Virus record (IMG/VR): IMGVR_UViG_3300003324_000465
Span: 1-64,000 of that record
Source: a virus
DNA length: 64,000 nucleotides
Direction: 5' to 3' (one strand)
The notes beneath the pieces are model-generated. The model saw only the letters and a list, made by a program, of their open reading frames with translations. It did no database searches and was not told where the DNA came from. Made by a program: the position numbers and the translations under genes. Below are positions 55,628-64,000 of the stretch, piece after piece; positions within the stretch are counted from its first letter, which is position 1, and every line of letters starts with the position of its first letter.

Positions 55628-56572
55628 TTACTCTTCAAATGTTGACTTCTTGCGCGATTTTTTAGCTGTACTCTGATCTAGTTTTTGCGTTTTACCTGTG
55701 TATGCTTCTGGATTAGTAAAATCTATATCGTTTTCCGAAGATTCCATAAGAGAAGGATATGTAGATATATTATATTCTTCAAATATCTCTAATAAATCAC
55801 GACCTTCCAAAAGATCATTCAATGCATCATGCGGCCATGGTTTAACCCATGATGCAATATCATAACGCGGCATTGCTAAAAATACTGGTGAAATTGGTTG
55901 GAAATTTGCTGTAATAAAGAATGATCTATTGGTTTTAATACCTTCGCCAGTTGTCTTTAGTTTAATATCTACTTCATGTAGTTTCTTAGGCTCTCCATCG
56001 GGACCTTCAATGCTAGTTCCAAGATCAAACAAACTTTGTAGATCATGTTTTCCTCCCTCTGGTCCAGAACTTCCTTCCAAAATACGTATTTTATTAAGCG
56101 GCTTTGCTTCCCCTACTAAAGGCTTTGGTAATACCTTGCTACTATTAGCAATACGTACAAATTGATTTTTTTCATCTGGATAGATGAGTTGTCCTTCTTC
56201 TGTAAACATTACAGGTGTCTTATCTATAACATTTATTGCAAATCGTGTTTTAAATCCACGTCTCTCTTGTGATCCTTTTTCATAATTCTTTGCTACATAT
56301 GCCCACAAGGGATCACTAAAAGGATTCTTCCAATCAAGGAAAACACGCACCTTTGATTCTACACCACCTTTAAGACCAGTCCACCAAGTTTCACGGAAGA
56401 CTACTTCATCATCAGGCTCATTTAGTATATTACCTTCTTCATCTACGCCAGGCAATACACGTAGCAAACGTATACCTGCATGACGATCAACAAACTGTGT
56501 TTCAAATACTGCTGTGCCTTCACTGTTACCACCAATATTAACTTTTTCTTTAAGCTTCTGTCCAAACGCCAT
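55628..56572 (-). CDS. putative single-stranded DNA-binding protein (gp32-like)
   Basis: RVLP, RFAINVID and GEGIKT; acidic tail; upstream of primase; AGGAG RBS. Confidence 0.6.
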   Translation of the reverse strand: MAFGQKLKEKVNIGGNSEGTAVFETQFVDRHAGIRLLRVLPGVDEEGNILNEPDDEVVFRETWWTGLKGGVESKVRVFLDWKNPFSDPLWAYVAKNYEKGSQERRGFKTRFAINVIDKTPVMFTEEGQLIYPDEKNQFVRIANSSKVLPKPLVGEAKPLNKIRILEGSSGPEGGKHDLQSLFDLGTSIEGPDGEPKKLHEVDIKLKTTGEGIKTNRSFFITANFQPISPVFLAMPRYDIASWVKPWPHDALNDLLEGRDLLEIFEEYNISTYPSLMESSENDIDFTNPEAYTGKTQKLDQSTAKKSRKKSTFEE

Positions 56573-56657
56573 TGCTATGACTCCTTCATAAAATAATGCG
56601 TATTCATAAGCCTTCATGCGATTCCGCTTTGGTATGAGGAATTTCTGAGGTAATGGC

Positions 56658-56686
56658 AGTATACCATGGAAATATACATGAGTCAA
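56658..56686 (-). promoter_or_regulatory. sigma70 promoter for the replication operon
   Basis: TTGACT-17-TATACT with TGG extension. Confidence 0.8.
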
Positions 56687-56721
56687 CTAAGACTTTAGAC
56701 CTAAAAATATTCCGATTATTT

Positions 56722-56826
56722 TCACAGGAAGCCCTTAGAGGAAATAAAAAAAGCTACCCCTATCCTTTTATATAAATAGGGGTAGCGTGCCTTACAATGG
56801 TTCCTGTGAGCTTACAGCGGCATTCT
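56722..56826 (-). repeat. tripartite element copy enclosing a terminator
   Basis: AGAATGCCGCTGTAAG + TCACAGGAACCATTGTAAGG ... CCTCTAAGGGCTTCCTGTGA. Confidence 0.75.
56746..56786 (-). terminator. intrinsic terminator
   Basis: GCTACCCCTAT-loop-ATAGGGGTAGC followed by a T run. Confidence 0.85.
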
Positions 56827-57100
56827 GTAATGGAGAGGTAACAGCTAAAACATCATCACTAAAAAAATTTGTTTTTATAATCAATTCGCCATGCTGTTCT
56901 AATAAACGATCAATTGTAGCTTGTAGTTCTGGATCAATATATAGCTGTATTTCTTTGGAATCACGTTTAAACCATAAACCAAAATCAAATGCAACTAATT
57001 CTTTTGTATACGTAGGTTTAGAAATACGAATTTTACCGATATTTTTTATATTTAGTTCTGGAGAAAGAGATTGTGTCTTGTATCGTTTACTCATCTTCAT
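56792..57100 (-). CDS. hypothetical protein
   Basis: coupled ORF. Confidence 0.55.
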   Translation of the reverse strand: MKMSKRYKTQSLSPELNIKNIGKIRISKPTYTKELVAFDFGLWFKRDSKEIQLYIDPELQATIDRLLEQHGELIIKTNFFSDDVLAVTSPLQNAAVSSQEPL

Positions 57101-57251
57101 ATCCTAATAATTCATTCACTTCGCGAGCATAATCATTGATTGTATCAAGAAGTATTTTACGTAATTGCGATGTTAATAATCCGTATTTCTCTAAACGTAA
57201 TAATAATTCTTTTATATATTTACCGCGAATATTATCTAACTGTACTTTCAT
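57087..57251 (-). CDS. small hypothetical protein
   Basis: GAAGGA RBS before MKVQLD. Confidence 0.5.
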   Translation of the reverse strand: MKVQLDNIRGKYIKELLLRLEKYGLLTSQLRKILLDTINDYAREVNELLGYEDE

Positions 57252-58449
57252 TAAGTAATCCTTCAAATATAGCATGAAATTGATTAGCTATACTTGACCA
57301 TCTGTACTTATCTTGCGTAATCAGATCATATCCTTTCTTTCCCATATGTAAACGATATGTTTCATCTCTATATAGTTTATCTAGTGCTTCTATCGTACAC
57401 TTCATTTCTGGTACACCGCCTATGGTATTAATACCTTTAGGTGTAATATAAGGTATATTATTTATATCAATATATTCTACACCACCATTAGCCCATTCTT
57501 GTAAAGCTGAATGACGTGGTATAATGTTAGGTATGCCACAAGCCATTGATTCTGCTGTTGTAAGACCCCATCCTTCGCCCATGCTGGTACTTAGTTTAAC
57601 ATCGGCTAGATTATAAAGATATACTAACTTGTCTAATGGGATACCCTCTCTTGGATGTATATAGTGTGATGTGAAGATAATTCGATCATGAATATGTGGC
57701 GTTTTTCCGTATTCTCGTATGTATTCTGCATCTATATATTTTCCTAATTGACCGAGATCATAACCTTCATCCTTTAATGCTCCATGATAATAAAAATACA
57801 CATTTTTTGGTATATCTCTCGTTCTCACCCATTCTGCAAAATAGTATAATCCAAGATCAATTCTTTTTCTTATACTGTTACGATCTACCATTTGAACAAT
57901 ATACCAGTCTTCTGGAATACCAGTTACATTACGTACTTCTTTTTTATATAATGGGCGAAATAATTGTGTATCTACACCATGCGGTATATCTGACATAGGC
58001 ACAGTTACACCAGCATAAGATAATTCTCTTTGTGCAAATTTTGTATAAGGTATAATGAAATCGAATGCATTTAACCGTTCACCAAACATCGGTTTAATGT
58101 TTTTAGCATCTACTGGCGTATATCCTACCTTCTTACCATATGTTTCAGAAAGTAAAGGGCTAAATTCAGACAATACCCATGGATCGTTAATAAACAATAC
58201 AATATCTGGTTTTATATGCTGAGATAATTCTACAATTCTACCAATACCGTAAAAATCACCATATTGCACTGCTTGTGGATTCCAATGCCGCGCCTCTTTT
58301 AATATTTCATGAGGATCGCCATAATAATTAGTTGCAAGTACATCTATTTCCCATCTATCTTTTAAATGATGTATAAGATTGTGTGTTACTTGCGCAAATC
58401 CAGTAGATACTGCCGAATCTGCAACTATAAATAATTTCCTTTTATCCAT
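57232..58449 (-). CDS. GT-B (family 4) glycosyltransferase
   Basis: TGFAQV, PHGVD, RKRID, YNLADV and EGWGLTTAESMACG. Confidence 0.92.
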   Translation of the reverse strand: MDKRKLFIVADSAVSTGFAQVTHNLIHHLKDRWEIDVLATNYYGDPHEILKEARHWNPQAVQYGDFYGIGRIVELSQHIKPDIVLFINDPWVLSEFSPLLSETYGKKVGYTPVDAKNIKPMFGERLNAFDFIIPYTKFAQRELSYAGVTVPMSDIPHGVDTQLFRPLYKKEVRNVTGIPEDWYIVQMVDRNSIRKRIDLGLYYFAEWVRTRDIPKNVYFYYHGALKDEGYDLGQLGKYIDAEYIREYGKTPHIHDRIIFTSHYIHPREGIPLDKLVYLYNLADVKLSTSMGEGWGLTTAESMACGIPNIIPRHSALQEWANGGVEYIDINNIPYITPKGINTIGGVPEMKCTIEALDKLYRDETYRLHMGKKGYDLITQDKYRWSSIANQFHAIFEGLLNESTVR

Positions 58450-58461
58450 ATCCTTTATTCC

Positions 58462-59058
58462 TTATATATCTGCGGTGGGTATATATGCTAATGGGAAAAT
58501 TGACCGTATTGGTGTTCCTAAACGACTGCCGAAAAATGAATTTATTTCATCTAAATCATTTTGTAGTAATCTTGTGATAGACCTTTCAGATCCAAGATTA
58601 CTAAATCGTATATCCTCTGTACTCCATGATACAAAACTGCTACTGCTACTTGCTACCTGTGATCTACGTAACATGTATACTGCCGCGCTAATTATTACTG
58701 GTCTGTCTATATTTGCAATAATAGGTGGCGATCCTTGTGTAAATTCAATGTATGGATTGCGAAATACAGAACCTTCTACTAAACTATCAGGTATATTAGC
58801 CTCTCCATTAGCAGTATTAATACGTTTGTATCCTACTGGTACATCAGATGGTTGTGGGTTTAATAAAGACTCTTCCCAGAATATTTGATATTTTGCACTC
58901 CATCTGTTTTGTAAGTAGTCTATCCCATATGCCAAAGCACTGCGTATTACAGTATCACTATAGAGATCGCCTGTAAGATCACCAAATTGTAAACGTGTAG
59001 GGCTTATCAGATAATCTAGATTTGTGGGCTCTGTGATAAATATTACATTCGTTGTCAT
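58462..59058 (-). CDS. putative virion head-tail connector/adaptor protein
   Basis: RLQFGD...YSD N-terminus; structural-gene neighbourhood. Confidence 0.45.
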   Translation of the reverse strand: MTTNVIFITEPTNLDYLISPTRLQFGDLTGDLYSDTVIRSALAYGIDYLQNRWSAKYQIFWEESLLNPQPSDVPVGYKRINTANGEANIPDSLVEGSVFRNPYIEFTQGSPPIIANIDRPVIISAAVYMLRRSQVASSSSSFVSWSTEDIRFSNLGSERSITRLLQNDLDEINSFFGSRLGTPIRSIFPLAYIPTADI

Positions 59059-59264
59059 TATGGTTCTAACTTCATATTTTTACGCTTATCCTCTAGCAAT
59101 TTTTCTAATTCTTCAATACTAGTAGAATTAAAAGCTATCTTTTTATCTTGTTCTATTAATTGCGGAAGAATAGTATTTATTGCTGTGATAAGATGCCGCG
59201 CAGTTGTTAATTCTCCGATAACCTGTACTCTGCCATCTTCTAAAAATAAAATACCGTTTATCAT
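59058..59264 (-). CDS. hypothetical protein
   Basis: coupled ORF. Confidence 0.6.
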   Translation of the reverse strand: MINGILFLEDGRVQVIGELTTARHLITAINTILPQLIEQDKKIAFNSTSIEELEKLLEDKRKNMKLEP

Positions 59265-59635
59265 TGTGTTTTTGTCCTTTGTAGTGGAGTAAGTTCAGAG
59301 CGTGCCAAAGCTCTAATTGGAATAAATGCCCCGCTATTATCTGTCAGATTTTTTATCTGTATAATTATCCATATGTAATTTGCTCCAATATGTAGTGTAT
59401 GTCCACTTCCTAATTTAGCAGGAAATGGTACAATATCAGATAATACATGTTTTGAAGCAAAATCATATTCAAGTATCCATTCGTCAATATAGGGATTGTA
59501 TCTATAAAGTAGTGCTGTATCAGGATCACAATCACTTAATACCCAGAATGTTTCATTATCACTTTTTGACTCACCATGATTACTATAACAAGGTTTTCCA
59601 TTTTTTGATTTTAATTGAAGCATGCTACCTATCAT
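59261..59635 (-). CDS. hypothetical protein
   Basis: GAGG RBS. Confidence 0.6.
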   Translation of the reverse strand: MIGSMLQLKSKNGKPCYSNHGESKSDNETFWVLSDCDPDTALLYRYNPYIDEWILEYDFASKHVLSDIVPFPAKLGSGHTLHIGANYIWIIIQIKNLTDNSGAFIPIRALARSELTPLQRTKTQ

Positions 59636-59648
59636 TTATACCTCTTTA

Positions 59649-62492
59649 TTATACTCTAAAAGATATTCCATTAAGAGAGAAAAACGCATTGCTACCTACT
59701 GTTGCTTGCACATTACCAGCGGTATCAATAGTTACTCTTGCAAATGCATCGTTAGCTACTGTTGCAAATATCTGCGCGTTAGAAGGACGATATGCCGCTG
59801 GTAATGTAAATATAGCTGCTGTGATTGTGCCGTTTTTAACTAAACCTCTTAAATGCACATATCCAAAAGCATCTTTCCAATAACCGGCGTTTTCAAAACC
59901 AGAGCCATAATTTACCCAACTATTAAGTAATGTAGGCGCAATAACTGATTCAGTAGTAATACTTCCAGTAATAGTCATACTACCACTTAGATTAAGTGTC
60001 GCATTATCAATATTCACTTCTTTAACAGAAGAAGAAGTATGAACTATAGATAATGAAGGTCCTGTACCAGCACCACTTTGATTAGCTGAAAAACGAACAG
60101 TTGACGTTTTACCTGATACCGAAAATACATCAAGATCAATTCTTGTATGATACCCAGATATAGCTTCCCCAACAATAGTAGTCTTATTTCTTAATAAATC
60201 AGTATCCTGATACGCATATATAGAACTTAACAACGTAGAACTTACATACCACTTAATCTTATTTGCGTCATTCTGACCTTGTGTTATTGAAATTCCATTA
60301 GCGTCTATTATAACTGCACCAGCACCAGCACTAATTTTACCATCACTACTTTGAATACGTACTTGTAATGTACCGCTGCTATTATATCCGCTCACACCAT
60401 TACTGTCAATAACAATACGTTGCGCGCTAGAAGCTGTTTGGATAGTGAAATTGCTACCAGTTAATACTAGATTTGTGCCATCCCACGCAAAATATGTACC
60501 TGAACCATTACCAATACTGAATTTTGTTGTGCCGCTATCATTACCTAAATAAAAACCTGTACCTGTAGCATACGCCGTCATACCACTACGAATATATCCA
60601 TTGGTATTGATTGTTAATGTACCTGTGGATGTTTGGATTGCTGATAGTGTTGTTACTGATATATGCCCCGCGTTTATTGTACTTGCCGCGATATTAATAC
60701 CTTTAATGTCTTCTGCCTGTATATCATCAGATTGTATTACTCTACGTGGGTAAAATTCCCGAAAAGAATAAGCCCCGCTGGCATTTTTATGAAAAATAAT
60801 AATATATCGTGCTTCTATAAGTGAAGGTAGATCAAATCTATATACTCCTGAAGACTTTAAGAATGAATTTGTATCTGCAAGAGATTGATTCGCATACTCA
60901 ACTAATGTTGTATTTTGTCCTGTAGTACCTGTAGCAGCTAAAGGACCTGCAAACCATCGCCATGTACTACCATCCGCTGAAGTTGCAAAATAAAATGATG
61001 TATTTGTTGCTGAGATACTTAATGTAATGGGTTTATAACGATCTAATTGGGGTCTCGACGCCTGTGTCCAGCGAAATACTGAACTAGAACCGTATGTTAC
61101 AACTGTTGTTGTAAGATCACCATCTTTAAGACCATTTAATGTTGTAGGAGATGTGGATACACTATCGCTGTATGATGTCTCAGCGCGCAATTCATCAATT
61201 GTTAATGCATCTACGTAAATACCACTAGCTACAACAGCAGTGCTTTTTCTATCATACTTATCAACTGCTTTAACACTTACATCATATGTACCCGCTGAAT
61301 TAAGCGATACCGTTTGTATATTATCTGGAGATGTAAAACTTGAAACTGTTGTTACACCATTAAGAACACTAAACTCATAGTGATCAAAATCTAATATATT
61401 TGTAGAAGGAGTAACAGTAATACCTAAACTACTAAATCCACCTGTAGCTTGCACTGTACCAAATGCATTAGGTGGGGCCATGTTAGTTGCTGTTCCCGTA
61501 GCTGCTACTGATTGTTGATCTAATAAATCGCGGGCAATTATACTATAGCTTAAAGCATAATCACCACTACTAAGCGTAGGAGTATGATCAGCTTTGTTAT
61601 TGAAATATGGATAGATAACAAAAGGTGTTTTTGTTGTAATATTTTTTGAATCTAGTGTTAATATATAATCATTTGCATTTGTAACAGTAGACCATTGAAT
61701 TGTTAAATCTTCATCAGCCGTACCATCATCGCTTTGCCATGAGTGTGCAATTCCTGAAGGTGTTCCAGGGATAGGAGCTACTACAGATACAATTTCTACA
61801 CTCGCGCCAGATGTATTACCCCATGAATTACTTGTTACATCGACAAGTACACTCGTTAATGGAGTTCCTAAACCGATACGTCTATTCTCTGCTGCTGTTA
61901 ATATAAACGGTGATTCACGCTGCCAATACGTGTTGTATAAAACTGTACCTGTTGCATTCCATATACGAATGCGCGCATTTTTATAAGCTTCGTCATTCGG
62001 CTGATCCCATGAAATAATGAGATTACTATTCTCAAATTCACCAGTTACATTCGTTACATCACTAGGAATGAGTGTGTCTTCTATAGTTGTTATATTTAGA
62101 ACATTACTCCAATCGGATTGAATTGTTCTTATACGTGGTGCTATACGTATCCAGTAGTCTGTATCAGGTTTTAAATAAAGTGAAGCAGTTAAACCATATG
62201 CAATAAATGATTCTTTATTTAATGTAAATGTGTCATTTTCAGCATACTGTACTATATAATCTTGTGGTATTTCACCATCTGGATGCTGCCATCCTATATT
62301 TACTACAATTGTAGGCGTAGCAGCACTACGAAACACTGCTTGATCAATAAATTCCAAGGTATCAATGGATTGTGGTAAGTGGATAGCCGACCCTGCTACA
62401 CTTACTGATTGTGTTATTATTTCTCCATCACCTATTTGTGATATTGCTTTATCATCTATTTGTCTTTTAGGTCTATCTTTTCGTGTAGGCAT
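59649..62492 (-). CDS. tail fibre / tail-tip protein with Ig/FN3-like domains
   Basis: FN3-like repeats (LKPDTDYWIRI), Ser/Thr/Gly-rich; C-terminal WVNY..GYWKD..VHLRG..FTLPAAYRP module. Confidence 0.8.
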   Translation of the reverse strand: MPTRKDRPKRQIDDKAISQIGDGEIITQSVSVAGSAIHLPQSIDTLEFIDQAVFRSAATPTIVVNIGWQHPDGEIPQDYIVQYAENDTFTLNKESFIAYGLTASLYLKPDTDYWIRIAPRIRTIQSDWSNVLNITTIEDTLIPSDVTNVTGEFENSNLIISWDQPNDEAYKNARIRIWNATGTVLYNTYWQRESPFILTAAENRRIGLGTPLTSVLVDVTSNSWGNTSGASVEIVSVVAPIPGTPSGIAHSWQSDDGTADEDLTIQWSTVTNANDYILTLDSKNITTKTPFVIYPYFNNKADHTPTLSSGDYALSYSIIARDLLDQQSVAATGTATNMAPPNAFGTVQATGGFSSLGITVTPSTNILDFDHYEFSVLNGVTTVSSFTSPDNIQTVSLNSAGTYDVSVKAVDKYDRKSTAVVASGIYVDALTIDELRAETSYSDSVSTSPTTLNGLKDGDLTTTVVTYGSSSVFRWTQASRPQLDRYKPITLSISATNTSFYFATSADGSTWRWFAGPLAATGTTGQNTTLVEYANQSLADTNSFLKSSGVYRFDLPSLIEARYIIIFHKNASGAYSFREFYPRRVIQSDDIQAEDIKGINIAASTINAGHISVTTLSAIQTSTGTLTINTNGYIRSGMTAYATGTGFYLGNDSGTTKFSIGNGSGTYFAWDGTNLVLTGSNFTIQTASSAQRIVIDSNGVSGYNSSGTLQVRIQSSDGKISAGAGAVIIDANGISITQGQNDANKIKWYVSSTLLSSIYAYQDTDLLRNKTTIVGEAISGYHTRIDLDVFSVSGKTSTVRFSANQSGAGTGPSLSIVHTSSSVKEVNIDNATLNLSGSMTITGSITTESVIAPTLLNSWVNYGSGFENAGYWKDAFGYVHLRGLVKNGTITAAIFTLPAAYRPSNAQIFATVANDAFARVTIDTAGNVQATVGSNAFFSLNGISFRV

Positions 62493-62508
62493 TTATTTCC
62501 TTTGTTCT

Positions 62509-64000
62509 TTAATTGCTGTTAAAATATTCTGCCGCGTAAATTAAATCTTTGCCTGTAATGTGATATATATTGCCAGGAAATAATCCCTTAAATTGATTTA
62601 AATATACAAGCTTTGTTTGTATATTCTCACCGTCAATAAGTTCTTCTTCATTTGAAAAGCTGTACATGTTCGGATCTTCCATCTGCATTGTTTGAAAATC
62701 TTTTGCTATCGTTAATCCGCCCCATGCTATTTTAATTCCTTTACCTCGCACTAATAATGTATTACCTATGCGATTTAACGACGCTATCTGTAAGCGTGCC
62801 CATTTGTTTTCCTGATGATCGTCATTGGAAAAACGACGCCGAAACATCTGCTGCCTGTTCCATATTTCAGGTTGATCATCTATGCGTGCTTTAATTGCGC
62901 TAAATACGTCACTTGTATCTTGTAATCTGTTTTTTAATTCAAGAAACGTCATTGATTCTAATTCTTCTGTTATTGTTGCTGGAGTAGCATAATCATATGC
63001 AAATCCAGCAGGTACCATCTCTATTTGCCCAATGTGAAAAATACTGTTTTGATTATATGTTTGCCCTACTGGATTACCACTTATCGGCACATTATCAATA
63101 TGTAGAGCATATGTCGTTTTATTTGTATATGATCCTGACATATCGTAGTAAAAATTGGTGTGACCTTTATCTCCTACAGTAAAAGGTCCAAGTGTACCTA
63201 CAAGTACATAATTTATATATATCTTAATATAGTCTTCTACATTGTATGAATAATATGTTATAGGTATTTTTACAACATCAGCGCTGTTTGATCGCATAAC
63301 ACTACCACGGAATAAGGGATATTGTTCAGCTTTATGTGTACCCGGCCAAAATAAAAGACGTTGCATAGGTATTCTTGGTGCTAATCGTAATCGACGCATA
63401 AGCCAATCAGATGTATTTGACATTTGATTAAGATCACTAGCACTAATATTTGTATCTCCCGTAAATGTAGGCAAGCCTGGATATGTGCCCCAAAATGTTA
63501 TTCCAGATAAAGGATGTACATAAGCATCTAATACCTGAAATACTCCTGTTTTTGGTGTGTATGCTCCTCCATTTTCAACACTAACTAGAACTTCAATAAC
63601 TTCATTCATGTTATATCCGAGCCCAGATATGTCTATATCTACATTATATTGAGCAGGATTATTAGGATCTGTACCATTATATACAAGTGTACCGATTGAA
63701 TCCTCAGAATCAGATTCTCTCTTAAAATAAATATTTATCTCTTCCGGCCCATCTGTTATAGTTAATAAACGAAATGTAGCAGTAGTTATACCCGTCATAT
63801 ATTTAAAACCACCACGCCATAATTTTAAGAAACTGCGTTCGGAAGCATTCCAATTACTTGCTTTATGCATGGATGGAAACCCCTGCTTACCACGCAAGGA
63901 TAATGCGTCTAATATAATGCTATTAGTACGTAACGTATTTATATCTGTAGCGCTTACTTCTGTATTGGTAGTAAATGTAGGCGCATCTATATATGCTGAG
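62509..64000 (-). CDS. virion structural (tail) protein, 5' end outside the window
   Basis: frame stays open to 64000; internal repeat PTFTTNTEVSATDIN / PTFTGDTNISASDLN. Confidence 0.7.
   Translation of the reverse strand, partial: SAYIDAPTFTTNTEVSATDINTLRTNSIILDALSLRGKQGFPSMHKASNWNASERSFLKLWRGGFKYMTGITTATFRLLTITDGPEEINIYFKRESDSEDSIGTLVYNGTDPNNPAQYNVDIDISGLGYNMNEVIEVLVSVENGGAYTPKTGVFQVLDAYVHPLSGITFWGTYPGLPTFTGDTNISASDLNQMSNTSDWLMRRLRLAPRIPMQRLLFWPGTHKAEQYPLFRGSVMRSNSADVVKIPITYYSYNVEDYIKIYINYVLVGTLGPFTVGDKGHTNFYYDMSGSYTNKTTYALHIDNVPISGNPVGQTYNQNSIFHIGQIEMVPAGFAYDYATPATITEELESMTFLELKNRLQDTSDVFSAIKARIDDQPEIWNRQQMFRRRFSNDDHQENKWARLQIASLNRIGNTLLVRGKGIKIAWGGLTIAKDFQTMQMEDPNMYSFSNEEELIDGENIQTKLVYLNQFKGLFPGNIYHITGKDLIYAAEYFNSN

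Noticed and set aside
6784-56826. Tripartite elements as integron attC sites
   Set aside because: No RYYYAAC/GTTRRRY cores and no integron integrase in the window
28718-59883. Many + strand ORFs inside - strand genes (e.g. 28718, 50945, 58379, 59425)
   Set aside because: Antisense shadows of well-supported genes, lacking RBSs and motifs
1-64000. Stop-codon reassignment
   Set aside because: Conserved genes are intact under code 11, all three stops are used, and there is no suppressor tRNA

Overview
AT-rich segment of a large tailed dsDNA bacteriophage genome (standard code 11; no integrase, rRNA or CRISPR seen). It has two convergent arms. The + strand arm (1-21.5 kb) carries six tRNAs interleaved with candidate structured ncRNAs, a bL12-like protein, vWA protein, RNase H, three DNA methyltransferases, an NTP-transferase, a 3'-5' exonuclease, an Rnl2-type RNA ligase and glycosyltransferases. 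It also carries a compact module (membrane/HTH protein, phased repeat array, glucosaminidase-M23 wall hydrolase, membrane protein, FtsK/SpoIIIE-type ATPase) that resembles Streptomyces TraB/Spd/clt dsDNA-transfer systems; this is the best candidate for an undescribed system. A ~1 kb non-coding, CA-rich, skew-switching region at 22.3-23.3 kb separates the arms. The - strand arm runs from tail genes (64-58 kb) through a replication/recombination block (SSB, primase, DnaB, PolA, RecA, nucleases, ThyX, NADAR) to an early-type region (23-42 kb) of small genes under repeated sigma70 promoters, including a GGDEF-like protein, a kinase-like protein, an AT-hook protein, an SF1 helicase and a TrxB-like oxidoreductase. 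Three dispersed non-coding repeat families are visible: an ATAAT-(G/C)6-9-ATTAT gene-junction motif, a ~100 bp tripartite inverted-repeat element, and a promoter-upstream box. All product calls come from motif recognition by eye, not from database searches.
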